From Entomortierella parvispora E1425 (lineage: Eukaryota > Fungi > Mortierellomycota), in NCBI GenBank assembly GCA_020891255.1, contig BQFW01000015.1, positions 2,418,001-2,482,000 of the forward strand: a stretch of 64,000 bases of DNA. Direction: 5' to 3'. The notes under the pieces were generated by a model. That model did no database searches. It was given only the letters and a program-made list of their open reading frames with translations, and was not told where the DNA came from. The translations under genes and the position numbers were made by a program. Numbering within the stretch: the first letter of the stretch is position 1; every line of letters starts with the position of its first letter. Below are positions 49,418-60,179 of this stretch, piece by piece.

Positions 49418-51562
49418 ATGGCCTCTGTGAGTTACATTCCCTATGTGATAATATTATGCACCACTGCATACCCTCTCATTCAATCGTCCATGGAGTTCGA
49501 TCGAGAACCTCTCTAACTTACATTCGCTTCTCAATCACCATGGCTCAAAACAGCAACAACCCAGTCAAGAAGAGTTGGCCGCCCATAGAGAGCGCCAAGA
49601 GGCGTTCGAGAGGGCTGCTCGCGACATTCAAGCCATGGTAGAGCGACGTTTTTTGATAAAGTGAACGGGGGTGATTCCCTGCATTGATCAGGATGGAATC
49701 AGTGAACAAACCCTATACTAATGCATCGTTCGCTCTCACGCTAGGTCAACAACATTCGCCATGACCCCATGAGACTTCGCAAGATCACAGTTCATGGCAC
49801 CAGCAAAACCAGGGAGTCGTTCTTGCACCGCATCCTTAAGCCCGCATTCGAGGCAGAGTCCCTCCACGAGGTTATCGGGCTCTCTCGACAGGCAGTTTTG
49901 AGGATGGAACGTTTTGGTATCTTTGAAGATATCAAGATTCAGTTGGATAGCCCCAAGGAGAATTGGCTTCAGGATCGCAAGGACCTCGTGGATTTGGGCA
50001 TGTGGGTCAAGGAAGGAAACCGCATCCAGCTCAGGACAGGCACGGAGGCTGGAAACGCAGAAGCCAGCATGGTACCTGAATGATTCGATGCGATTGGACT
50101 TCAGTATATTTCCAACACCATACACATGGATTGATCAGCGGTCTAATGCAATGCCTGATCTCTTTTGAATTTAGTACGGTGCGTTGACTGTCCGGAACCT
50201 CTTTGGTGGTGCCGAGACTTTGACCACTAGTATGGCTTTCGGAACTCGTACTTCCTCTGCCTTCCAGGTACAGTGCTACAGATTTGCATGCGTTTGATTG
50301 CCATATTTCTGATGCTAACTGAATTTATTGTAACTATGTAGTTTGCCTTGTCTACCCCTGTCCTCGCGGATCCCGACAAGAACTTGTCGATCAACCTTTT
50401 CAGTCAAGCCAGGAACAATACCCAGTGGAGCTCATACGAAGAGGAGCTCAAGGGAGGCTCCCTGAAGTATAGCGTAGGTGGATTGGGATATTCGATTCTT
50501 CAAGCAGGGCAATTTCATTTGGTGTCTAACAGGGACCTTTGTTCGCAATTATAGACACTTTCTCCCCTTGGCTACCACGAATTCGCTTATGAGGGACACT
50601 GGAGAGACGTTTGCCGTCCTTCGGAAAAGGCCTCTATGAGGTAATTTATCGTTGAGAATATCACTGGTAGATGACAATTGCAATGCGACATCCTTCATTA
50701 CTAATATATTGGGGTGTCCTTTCTAGCATTCGCGAGCAATGCGGTCACAGCCTGAAGTCGGCTTTGACGCACATGTGGATTCATGATATGAGAGACGAGC
50801 CCTTGATGCCCTCTAACGGTCACTTTGTTCGCGTCATTCAGGAGTACGCTGGTCTCGGGGGAGATGTGGAGCACTTACGTCAGGAAATCGAAGCTCAAGC
50901 CTGCCGCTCCAACGACAAAGGATATGTAAGTGCCTAGCTCCTGCATGGCGATTATGGTCACTGAAGATCATAGTCTGACATAGGTTACCTGGCTTTAGAT
51001 CATTTCCGCCACTGTCAAGTCTGGATACTTGCACTCTTTGAACGGAAAACCCTCCAAGATCTCGGATCGTTTCTTCTTGGGTGGGCCCATGTCTGTCCGT
51101 GGCTTCAAGTCCAACGGTCTCGGACCTCGTGAAGGAGGTAGGCTTTTCTTTTTTGCTAAAAAATTCGTCCGCATTATTTTTGCATGAGGCAGGGGCGATT
51201 GGCACACGTATCTTAACCCTCTGACAACATTCTGTCTGACAGATGATTCTCTTGGAGGCGATGCCTATGTCTCTGCTGGCGTCAGCTTGCTCACGCCATT
51301 CCCTGGTCTTGCTACCCGCGATTCTTTCAAAGCTCATTTCTTTGCCAACGCCGGTTCCTTGGTCAGCGTCAAGCCTGGCCAGTCCGCCGAGAAGACTGTT
51401 GATGCTTTGACTAAAGCCCCCAGCGTCTCTGTTGGTGCCGGTATCGCCTACCGCCATCCTCAAGTTCGCATCGAACTCAACTTTGCTCTTCCTTTGATGG
51501 CTGCCAAGACGGATGCTGTTCAAAGAGGATGGCAATTGGGACTCGGTATCAGCTTCTTGTAA
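49418..51562 (+). CDS. SAM50: Mitochondrial SAM50/Omp85 beta-barrel assembly protein (multi-exon)
   Basis: POTRA-like MRLRKITVHGTSKTRESFL, RNLFGGAE, GHSLKSALTH, DRFFLGGPMSVRGF, RIELNF, C-terminal WQLGLGISFL*. First exon ATG GCC TCT, intron 49427-49553. Confidence 0.93.
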
Positions 51563-51694
51563 AAGCTTCTCATGCCACATTGCAACACATACATCTCATG
51601 CAAACAACCTAGACGGCACCGTCCAACCCCCCTTCAAAAAGTAATTAAAACAGCACTTTCAAATGAAAAAAGGCAGTTGTGAAGTAAATGGATG

Positions 51695-52156
51695 TTATTT
51701 GATCGGATTGAATGCAATCAGCTCTCGAACCTCTGTCAACTCCTTCTCCAGGACACCCAGTTTCTCCTGCAGTGTGTCCATTTCCTGCTTGGAGACGGAA
51801 AGTTGCTGTTGCATCTTTAGGAAATCCGATGCCACCTCGAACCCGTTCTCGACCACACCTTCTTCCCTTTGGCTCTTGGATGTCGAGTCCTTGAACCGCT
51901 GTAGTTTTTCTAGACTTGGGGCAGACACTTCTTTTTTATCTACGAGTAAGAAACGAAGAGAAGCTGAAGGCTTAGACGGGAGGTTCCTTTTGTTGCAATG
52001 TGGTCACCCCATGAGTCTCAGAGGTCATTGAATGCAAGTACCTTCTAATGCTGATGAGAGTGAAATGGACCCTGCGCAGAGTGTGTTGAGATCGTTGAGA
52101 ATGTCGCCAAGACTTGGAAGAGGGACGGCAATAGGTTTGTCAGTGGCCTTTTGCAT
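51695..52156 (-). CDS. Small hypothetical protein with C-terminal coiled coil (two exons)
   Basis: Exon 1 MQKATDKPIAVPLPSLGDILNDLNTLCAGSISLSSALE splices in phase to exon 2 DKKEVSAPSLEKL...QQQLSVSKQEMDTLQEKLGVLEKELTEVRELIAFNPIK*. Confidence 0.65.
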
Positions 52157-52296
52157 GATGGTAGTCTGTTATGAAGTTTGTGGGGATGTTTGAAAAGAGA
52201 TGCATTCCAAAAAAACGGAAGCGCGTCAAAAATTGTCGTGTTCGTGTCCCCTCCACACAGAAGGACCTGCTCTGATCCACTTTTTCCCACTTTCAC

Positions 52297-52329
<33 letters not shown>

Positions 52330-52343
52330 GCATACATGAGGAT

Positions 52344-53635
52344 CTATTCGCCTCCGCGCAGGTATTGTTTCTTGTGCTCTGCCGCACTGACCATGTTCTT
52401 TTGCGACCAAATACCGATCTTTTGTTGCCTATAAAAATGGATGAAAAAGAAAGGAAAATAGAAGAAATAGCAGGTAATTCAGTACTTTGGGTCCGACTTG
52501 TCCATCTTTCTGAACACTCTTGCAATCTTTTGCTTTCTTACTTTGCTTTGGCCTCCGTCTTTTCCAGCTTGTCGAGTATATCGCCGTATTCTGATCCTGC
52601 CTGTCGATAGATCTGGCCGAATCCGACTCTGAGCATCTCTACACTGATGTTCTTTTTGGGGAGGAATGGCAAAAATCTTGGATACCATGCCATGGCAACC
52701 TAAAATAAAATAGAAAAATAAAGGTCGTTGGCATGTTGTTCAGTCGATCATGTCCAGAAAAGAACTGGGGAAGTTGAGCGCTGTCCAGATCCTTCTCAAC
52801 TTACAACACGGTCGTATCGATCCTTTGAAAATGGTTGGACGGTGACGGTCTTTCCCTTGATCTCCTTGCGAAGCCATTCCAATGATTCCCGCGAGAAAGG
52901 CTGTGCTGGCATCCCGAAATGAGCTCCCTGGATCATCAAACGAGTTATGAAAGGAGCTTTGTTAGCCATGCCATGCCAGTTGATTTTGGTCCAGACCGGG
53001 CTAGGCTACTTACCTCGGGTGCGTCCACTCCTGCAATTCGGATGTGCAACGTCTGATCCTTGAGTTCTACAAAAAGAAGAAACAAAGAAAGGTAAATTGT
53101 CAGTAAGCAGATCCAAGTTACAAATCAAAGGATGACGATCCTGAAAAAAAGAGAAATCCTTCTTACCTTTTGACGCCACAGGCACATGTCTCAACCAACC
53201 CCATCCGCCAAGAACGCCTCCAGGAGTATGATAGAACCGAAAGTTGTCCGAGTCGCCTACACTAGTGACCTTGCCCTTCAAGATCCGTTTGCCCTTCAAC
53301 ATGTTGGGGGTCAAGTAGGCAGCCGAGGGGATCCTTCTCAGTCGAGTCCTGTAGAATACCACGGCCATGACCGAGACGCCAAAGACGGTCGAAGCGATCA
53401 AGTAGGGTTTTACGCTCTCGGGGATATAAGACATTTGCTTCTGTACAACCTCCATGGATGGAGCGGAGGTGGTTACAATGTCCTCGATGGATGCTTTGGT
53501 CGATTCAAAAGCGGCTTTGGCATCCTGTCCTGCATGCTCCAAAGTGTCGATCGCATCCGAAATGGTCAAGGACGAGGTTGAGGATGATCCAGCCTTTGAG
53601 CTGTCGGGTTTGCTGGATGAGAATGGCCAAACCAT
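52344..53635 (-). CDS. LCL3: LCL3-type staphylococcal-nuclease-like endonuclease (multi-exon)
   Basis: TM segment, then [75 protein letters not shown]. Confidence 0.9.
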
Positions 53636-54019
53636 GCTTTGCTTGCTTGCAGATGAAATGCGTCGATGGGGTGAAAGAAAAGAAAAAAGTGGACACGAGC
53701 AGAAAGAGGCGCGACCTTCTTGTTCCACAACAGAAAAAAAAAAAAAAAAGGTGCTTTGGTGGGGAATGCCAGATTGGCTCAGCACGCGAAAATGGAAGTT
53801 TGTTCCTGGGCGGCCGCCAAGTTTAAAAAAAACAAGCACAAAATTAACTAGGGGATGGCTCATCTGTTCGTCCAGAGTACCTTTACGTGGCTGCATATCA
53901 AAACTTGGGACTAGCTGGGAACGAGGTACTGCAATGGAAGATAGTGGAAGAGGCTATTTGATTAACAGATTACAACAGAAGAGTGCATCCACTCATGAAT
54001 TTATTAGACGGGTAACAAG

Positions 54020-55430
54020 TTAGAGGGAGAAAAGCTCCTTGAGGATTCTCTCGGTATCCAACGGGCTGGTGACAGCATGTCCAGTGACGCGGGGGTCGCT
54101 GTAGATCTCGTAATCGTTGCCACCCTTGAAGGTCTTGTCACCGAAAAAGTGAACGGTCTTGAAGTTCTCGTGCTCAATGTGACGAAGGCAGTAGGTCTTG
54201 TCCCATCCAGTGGGGAAGACATCGAAGGAAATCTGTCCTCCGATAGAGTAGGTCAAACCATAGTCGGGGAACTCGTTCTGGAGAGCGATGACAAACTTCT
54301 CACGCAACTTGTGCTCCTGCAAAAGGGAAATAGCCAGAGCAAATTAATATCCCTTCTCAATAGTAGACAATCAATCCTCGCTCTCCTCATGTTGACAACA
54401 GCATGCAAAATTGCCGTACCAAGTCGAACTTCTCAAACTCGTTACGCTCGGGGTGACTGCAGTTACGACCAATGGGGGAGATGTTGATCATTCCGTTGCG
54501 GAACTCGACAAAGGTTCCACTAATTGAACAAAAACAGGTTGAAATCATGGATGGTCAGTGAAGTTTGATGGAACACATCATCTTCTCATTGTCAGCAGTC
54601 AAGTGGGACATACCGCTTGACAGGGATATCCATGTCGGCGATATAACGGAGGACAAAGTTAACAAGCTTCTTGTAACGTTCCTCGCCCAAGTATCCGATG
54701 AAGCTCTACGAGAGTGTATGACAGGTGGATTAAAAAGTGCAATTGAGTGGCACAGTACTATCATTCGCAGTCTTGGTCATTACCTGGGAAGCGAGCTGGA
54801 CACCCATCTTGTAGGCAGTCAGTCCGTTCTCGGAGAAGCAGTAGTCAAAGTTGTTCAAGACTATTTGAGATAACGAGCGGGCAATGAAGATCAGGGACTA
54901 TAATTAGTTGGTGCACCTTCGTTTTCATTTAATTTAGAGCCTGGTAGATCAACGCAAAAAAGTGAATCGTGGCCGCTTGTCAACAGGCACACGTTTTCAT
55001 TCTTGTTCGAGAGTGTGGGGAGATCCATTGGCTGCAGGGGCATGGAAGATCGATTGGTTTGCATCCACGCTATGCAAACCTGGCCCTTCTTCCTCAGCGT
55101 AGATGGATAACTTACCGTTCTTTCCAAGCTGCTCGACCTGCTTGCTCAAATCGGATCCGCCAACAAAGCCAACGACGCACTTCTTTCTAAGGGCGACGAG
55201 GGTCTTCTCCATGGCCTCAGTGATCTCCTGTAGAGTCAGTAGAAGAGTAGCTGTGAGTGTGAGTGGAGTGTACTCAGGTTCTCTTTGGTGCAGCTTGTTT
55301 GCATTGCATCAGGGACGAATTCCCTTACCAAGCGGGCAGGGGTAAGGGTGCCATCAACATCGAACAAGCAGATGGTGTCGGGGTGCTCTCTGTCCGAGAA
55401 GTTGGAGGCGGCGGAAGCGTCAGTCATCAT
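54020..55430 (-). CDS. SEC53: Phosphomannomutase (multi-exon)
   Basis: [71 protein letters not shown]. Confidence 0.96.
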
Positions 55431-55742
55431 GGGTTTATATATGTGAGGAAGAGTGAGAGAAAGGTAGGTAGCGAAGTGAAGAGAGGTGAAGATGCAGTCG
55501 AATGAAGAGAGGCGAAATGAAGGGAATCTTCCTCACTTTTATAATGTAGAAAAGTGGCTTCTGGCCTGTCCAGGAAACGAGTCGCGATCTGATTGGTCCA
55601 AGTCGCAGCGTGCCTTCTTGCGCTCCCTTCCCTTTTGGCTCTTGCTCTTGCTCGCCCTCATCATCTTTTCTTCTTCTCACTCCCTCTCTCCATCCTTCCT
55701 CTCCTCCTTTTTTACCTCCGCCCATCTCTTCACATCTTCACT

Positions 55743-56397
55743 ATGGTAATGCACTCGAACTCTGCTGTGTTAGCTGGAGTCTTCCTTGTAGCCACCGCCA
55801 GTGAATGACGCGACTTTTGATCCAGGAGCAATGTTACTGATTCTGATCTACCCCTTTGCCACCACTTCATCTAGTCTGATTCCCCTGTTTCTCCCCCTGC
55901 CGGTGTCTCCCCCCGTGGTGCTGCCATCAGGTGTGTTCATGTAGACCGAGATGATGACCAGGATTCGACAATTCAAGCAGATGGACAGCTAGATCATCTG
56001 TGAGCGACTCCTTGTTGAACAGGACCACTGACTCCTTGATCAATTGAATCGATAATAGACGCTCCCACTCTTCCAAGGACAAGACTTCCCGTGCCCCCGG
56101 CCCCAGCACCTCTGGAATGATGCGCATCTACACCGATGACTCTCCCGGTCTGCGCGTGTAAGTTATCCTCTTTCTCACTGGGCTTTTTTTTATTGTCACT
56201 GGACTCAGATCAAGGCGCGTTGTCCAACCCCTTACTGTGCAACATGAGGACTGGATCGACTGGTACTCATTCTGTCTGCTCTCTCCGTCTCAATTCTCTT
56301 CAATTATAGTGACCCTGTCGTCGTCCTCGTCTTGTCCTTGGCCTTCATTGCCTCGGTCTTTGCTCTTCACATCTACGGAAAGCTTACCCGTGCTTAA
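55743..56397 (+). CDS. SBH1: Sec61 translocon beta subunit (four exons, not in the ORF track)
   Basis: Exons 55743-55745 (ATG only), 55875-55930, 56059-56157 and 56310-56397 give [81 protein letters not shown], containing the diagnostic [9 protein letters not shown].P motif. Confidence 0.93.
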
Positions 56398-56584
56398 ACG
56401 ATCGGGACTCTTCACCGCCAGGACTTTCACAAATGTATCATAATAACCTAATAAACAGCCGACTTTTTTGTAACGCGACAAAAAAAGGGAATCACTTCTG
56501 GAATCATGAATGGACAGTAGAATCCGGGGATCAATTGGCCGACAATTTTTTTTGTTGCCAGCGTGAGGGGCGCCAAAGTTTATT

Positions 56585-58293
56585 TTACTCTTTTCGCATC
56601 TTGTATGTACAAATGGGACGCAATACAGCCACGATTTTGACGAAGGGACTCAGATCTTCAATGACATCGGTAATATCCTTGTATGCATCCGGCTGTTCTT
56701 CAAACAAGAGATCAGAATCCTCACATATTACACTGGATCCCAGATTAGTTGTCTGCAAGGCCGAGATCGACGCCTGCTTGGATTGTTGGGGTCGCTTCTG
56801 CAATGCTTTAGCACGGGGCAATAACCGTCCAGCACCGTGGGCCAACGAGAATCCATTCTTTTCTTGATCTCCGTGGGGCATGACCAAGTAAGAGAAATGT
56901 CCACGACTACCTGGAATCACGACCAGGCCACGATCACTTGGGGCGGCGCCCTTACGATGGATCCAGCATGGTCTTTGTGGGTCAACACTCTCAATCATCT
57001 TTTCCTGTACGTTGTTGTGCCAGATGTCCAGGATTTTCTCCGCATCCTGCTCTGCATTCAGACGGTGCAAGACACGATGGGCAATCAACTCTCGGTTCGT
57101 CCTTGCCCAAGCGCAGGCCAGGTCATGCTGTTTCAGATAGGCCTGTCCGAGCTGAGATTCGACGTCGATCCCTGTCAGTTTCTTCTCGGCTTTGGTCTGA
57201 GAGGCATTGGAGGATTCCAAGACGGCCTGACCAAACTTTCGGGAGCCAGAGTGCACAATCAGATAGGTCTTTGAATCGACCAACCCAAAAGAGTCGCAAA
57301 GTTCCTGGTCGACCAGCTTTTCAATCACGACAAATTCTGCGAAATGGTTGCCACCGCCCAAAGTCCCGAGTTGATCCAGATGAGCCTTGCCAGTCTCGGA
57401 ATGCTCTTCACCCAATTGAGAGATCAAGAACGCATGAGGATCCCCTTCGGTCCACTTGCCCTCCAGATGATGAAGTTTGTCCACAATTTTTTGAGGTTTG
57501 ATCTCGGATGAGAGTCGCGTCTTGTATACAGCCATGCCACATCCCTTCACAGAAAGAAAAAAAATATATGAGTATCAAGGGTCAAACGACATTTTCTTCC
57601 TCAGGAATAAACCCTTTTTTCTCCGGTCCATAGACTTACAATATCGTTTCCGATCAGGGCTGGGTAGATGAACTTTTGCGTGATGAACGTCGCACCGATG
57701 GGGTATTGGTTTCCAGGGTGTAAATCCGGCTGACCGACAACCCGTCGCATCCCTGGCAACATGGCGGTCCGGTTCAACTGGGCGTTGGCATCTGGGTCCA
57801 CATAGCTCTTCTTTGCGAGAATTGAAATCGAGGCAGAGATCTCGCTATTGATCAACAGTGAAGCAAAGTCCAATCCAGCATTCCCTGACTCTCCTTCTTC
57901 TTCTCCACTGGGGGTTGCAGCTCCTGATACAGACGCAGATTCGGCTCCCTCTGGTTTCGTTTGTCCAACGTATCCCTCTCCACATGAGATGTAGATCAGA
58001 CTACAATGAGAAAGACGGTTAGTTAGGAGATTCATTTGTTGATCGCATTTTCACTTGATCCCATTTTACCTGTCTTGCGCAACGTTTCCGTTGGTAAGCC
58101 ACAGTGGATCGCTGAGTACAACTCCATGATTCAAATAGAGGGTCTTTGCTTTCTTGAGTCGCAGCTTGTTCTTGGCCAGCGTCAAGATATCATTCAGTGC
58201 TTCTGAAGCTGATGACTCGTCTATTTTCAAGATCACGGCAGATCTTTGTGTTTGCTTCGCGTTGTTGACGAGCGTGAGTCGAATTGAAGGCAT
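56585..58293 (-). CDS. rtcB: RtcB-family RNA ligase, release-factor-H-coupled (RtcB2-like) type, with N-terminal extra domain
   Basis: Three exons (58070-58293, 57640-58000, 56585-57544). Motifs PDLHPG, DIGCG, GTLGGGNHFAE, IVHSGSR, IWHN, WIHRKGAAP, VIPGSRG, FSLAHGAGR, EEQPDAYK. Confidence 0.9.
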
Positions 58294-58629
58294 TATTATT
58301 AGGTATACGCTTGTGGAAGGAAGGTGAGGTATATGTTGATGGTGTGTTGTTTGAAAAGAAGAAAGTGCGAAAGGCGCCTTTTTACACCAAGCGTCATGGG
58401 CGAAGCTGCGGGCCTGCGCCAATCACATGACGAAATCCGCAGTTGATGCGTTTTTTAACGGTCCGACCCGAAATCCGGTGACGTATTATGGGAGCAATTT
58501 ATGCTTTACCTCGATAGGCTTGAGCCAGAGATGCAATCTCCTCACGCTGCTCCATTTTGCCTTGCTTTGCCATCGAATCGACCTCACCATCACAGGACGC
58601 CCCGCCACTCCAACCATCAACTCTGTACA

Positions 58630-59802
58630 ATGCCAGCACAAGAGGAATTTTACGTGCGATACTAGTAAGGACTTGAAATGCAGGAAGAACCACAGCTGGA
58701 ACATTCCTGAAAAAACGCCCGACAGTGCCATCAAGCAAAGAGTGGCATGCGTGGAAACAATGGCGTCTAATTCCCAACATTCCCTTTTTGTGAACTTGAA
58801 AACAACTTAGCTCGGGCCATCAGGGACGATATGGACACGAGTTTATCGAGTTTGAGTTTCATGCGGACGGACGCTGTCGTTATGCCAACAACTCCAACTA
58901 CAGGAACGACTCTTTGATCAAGAAGGAGAGTACGTACTCAACACTGCTTTCAGTCTTGGAAAAAATGACATGCTCTTGTTGGATGGATCAAAAGACTCGA
59001 GGACTTGGGGGCGAAGGCTAATATCCCGGTTCCTTTTCTTTATAGTGACTGTGAGTCCGTTGATGATCAAGGAACTCAAGCGGATGATTGAGGATTCCGA
59101 GGTCATGAAGGAGGATGATAACAAGTGGCCCAAAAAGAATGTGGTCGGAAAGCAGGAACTCGAGATTCGTTTCGGAAATGAGCACGTTTCTTTCGAGGTA
59201 TGACCCATATTATTATTTCACCTTCAGGATTTTCAGAGATCAGGAGTCCACAAACAGAGAGAAGGGAGCTGGACATTTACAGGATCGATCCCCAATCCGC
59301 CGCCGTCTGATCTACGCAGACAACTCGACATTTCATCCAGGAGAAAACAGCCGCTACTCGTCTGTTTGGATACTGGACTGGAGATTATGTTTTGAAAAGA
59401 GATGGCAGATCACGCTCGCAGCTCGACGATCGTGCATGGTTTTATGTGAATGCCTGACAGGACTAATTTTATGATCGCCCATGACCTTTGACTTTGCATT
59501 GGATTTTGCCCTGACCTCCCTCCTTTGCGCCTTTTCTTTTTGAACCTCCACTTTACGAACTAGACTGCCAAGATCGGATCACTCGTGGATGTGCAGGGTA
59601 GTGAGGATCCCGAGGGCTTGAAGGTGTTTTACTACTTGGTGCAGGATCTCAAGTGCTTAGTCTTCTCATTGATCACATTGCACTGGAAGGTAAATACTTT
59701 TATCACGTTCTTGAGATCGCATGCGACATCGATCTTTTGGCTCCTAGGTTCCACTGACACTCGTTTCCATATTCTTCCTCTGTGCAGATCAAGCCTATCT
59801 AA
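58630..59802 (+). CDS. MAGOH: Mago nashi (exon junction complex core; multi-exon)
   Basis: [12 protein letters not shown]|[16 protein letters not shown]...[17 protein letters not shown]...GKQELEI...[30 protein letters not shown]|IKPI*. Confidence 0.96.
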
Positions 59803-60179
59803 ACGATGAAAACACTGGATGATATGACCTCAAGGATTGACAACAACAAAATAAAACCCCCTCGATTATTGTATATCAGCCCGTCAGACCAGATTGGAGT
59901 TCTTCTTGTTGGAGCAAAAGGAAGAATTTCAAGGATAACGTTGGAATACAGAGGGTTTTATTGAACAAGGGGAGGCGTTGGTATATGGTACAGATATGGA
60001 ACAGAGCAAATGAATGAATGCAAGGACGAGCAAAGAGAAGAGTATGCAAGTAAAGCAAAGTCGACGCCACCGAATTGAGAAAAGGAAATCGCAACGCAGC
60101 AAAGGAGATGAGGGTTGAAGGTGCCGTCGAAGAAGGGGTACTGGTGCGGTGCGATTTGAAAGAGTTTTCCAAAAGAAAA

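Noticed and set aside
55927-56127. Minus-strand 66 aa ORF, and apparent stop-riddled plus-strand relic at 55950-56060
   Set aside because: Explained by Sec61-beta intron 2 and exon 3 on the plus strand.
45531-58293. CRN nuclease plus RtcB ligase as a toxin-antidote pair
   Set aside because: They lie 8 kb apart with housekeeping genes between them. The REase fold implies a DNA target while RtcB repairs RNA.
59670-59690. Mago nashi LHWK instead of the usual LHFK
   Set aside because: A single conservative aromatic substitution; no basis for a functional claim without an alignment.
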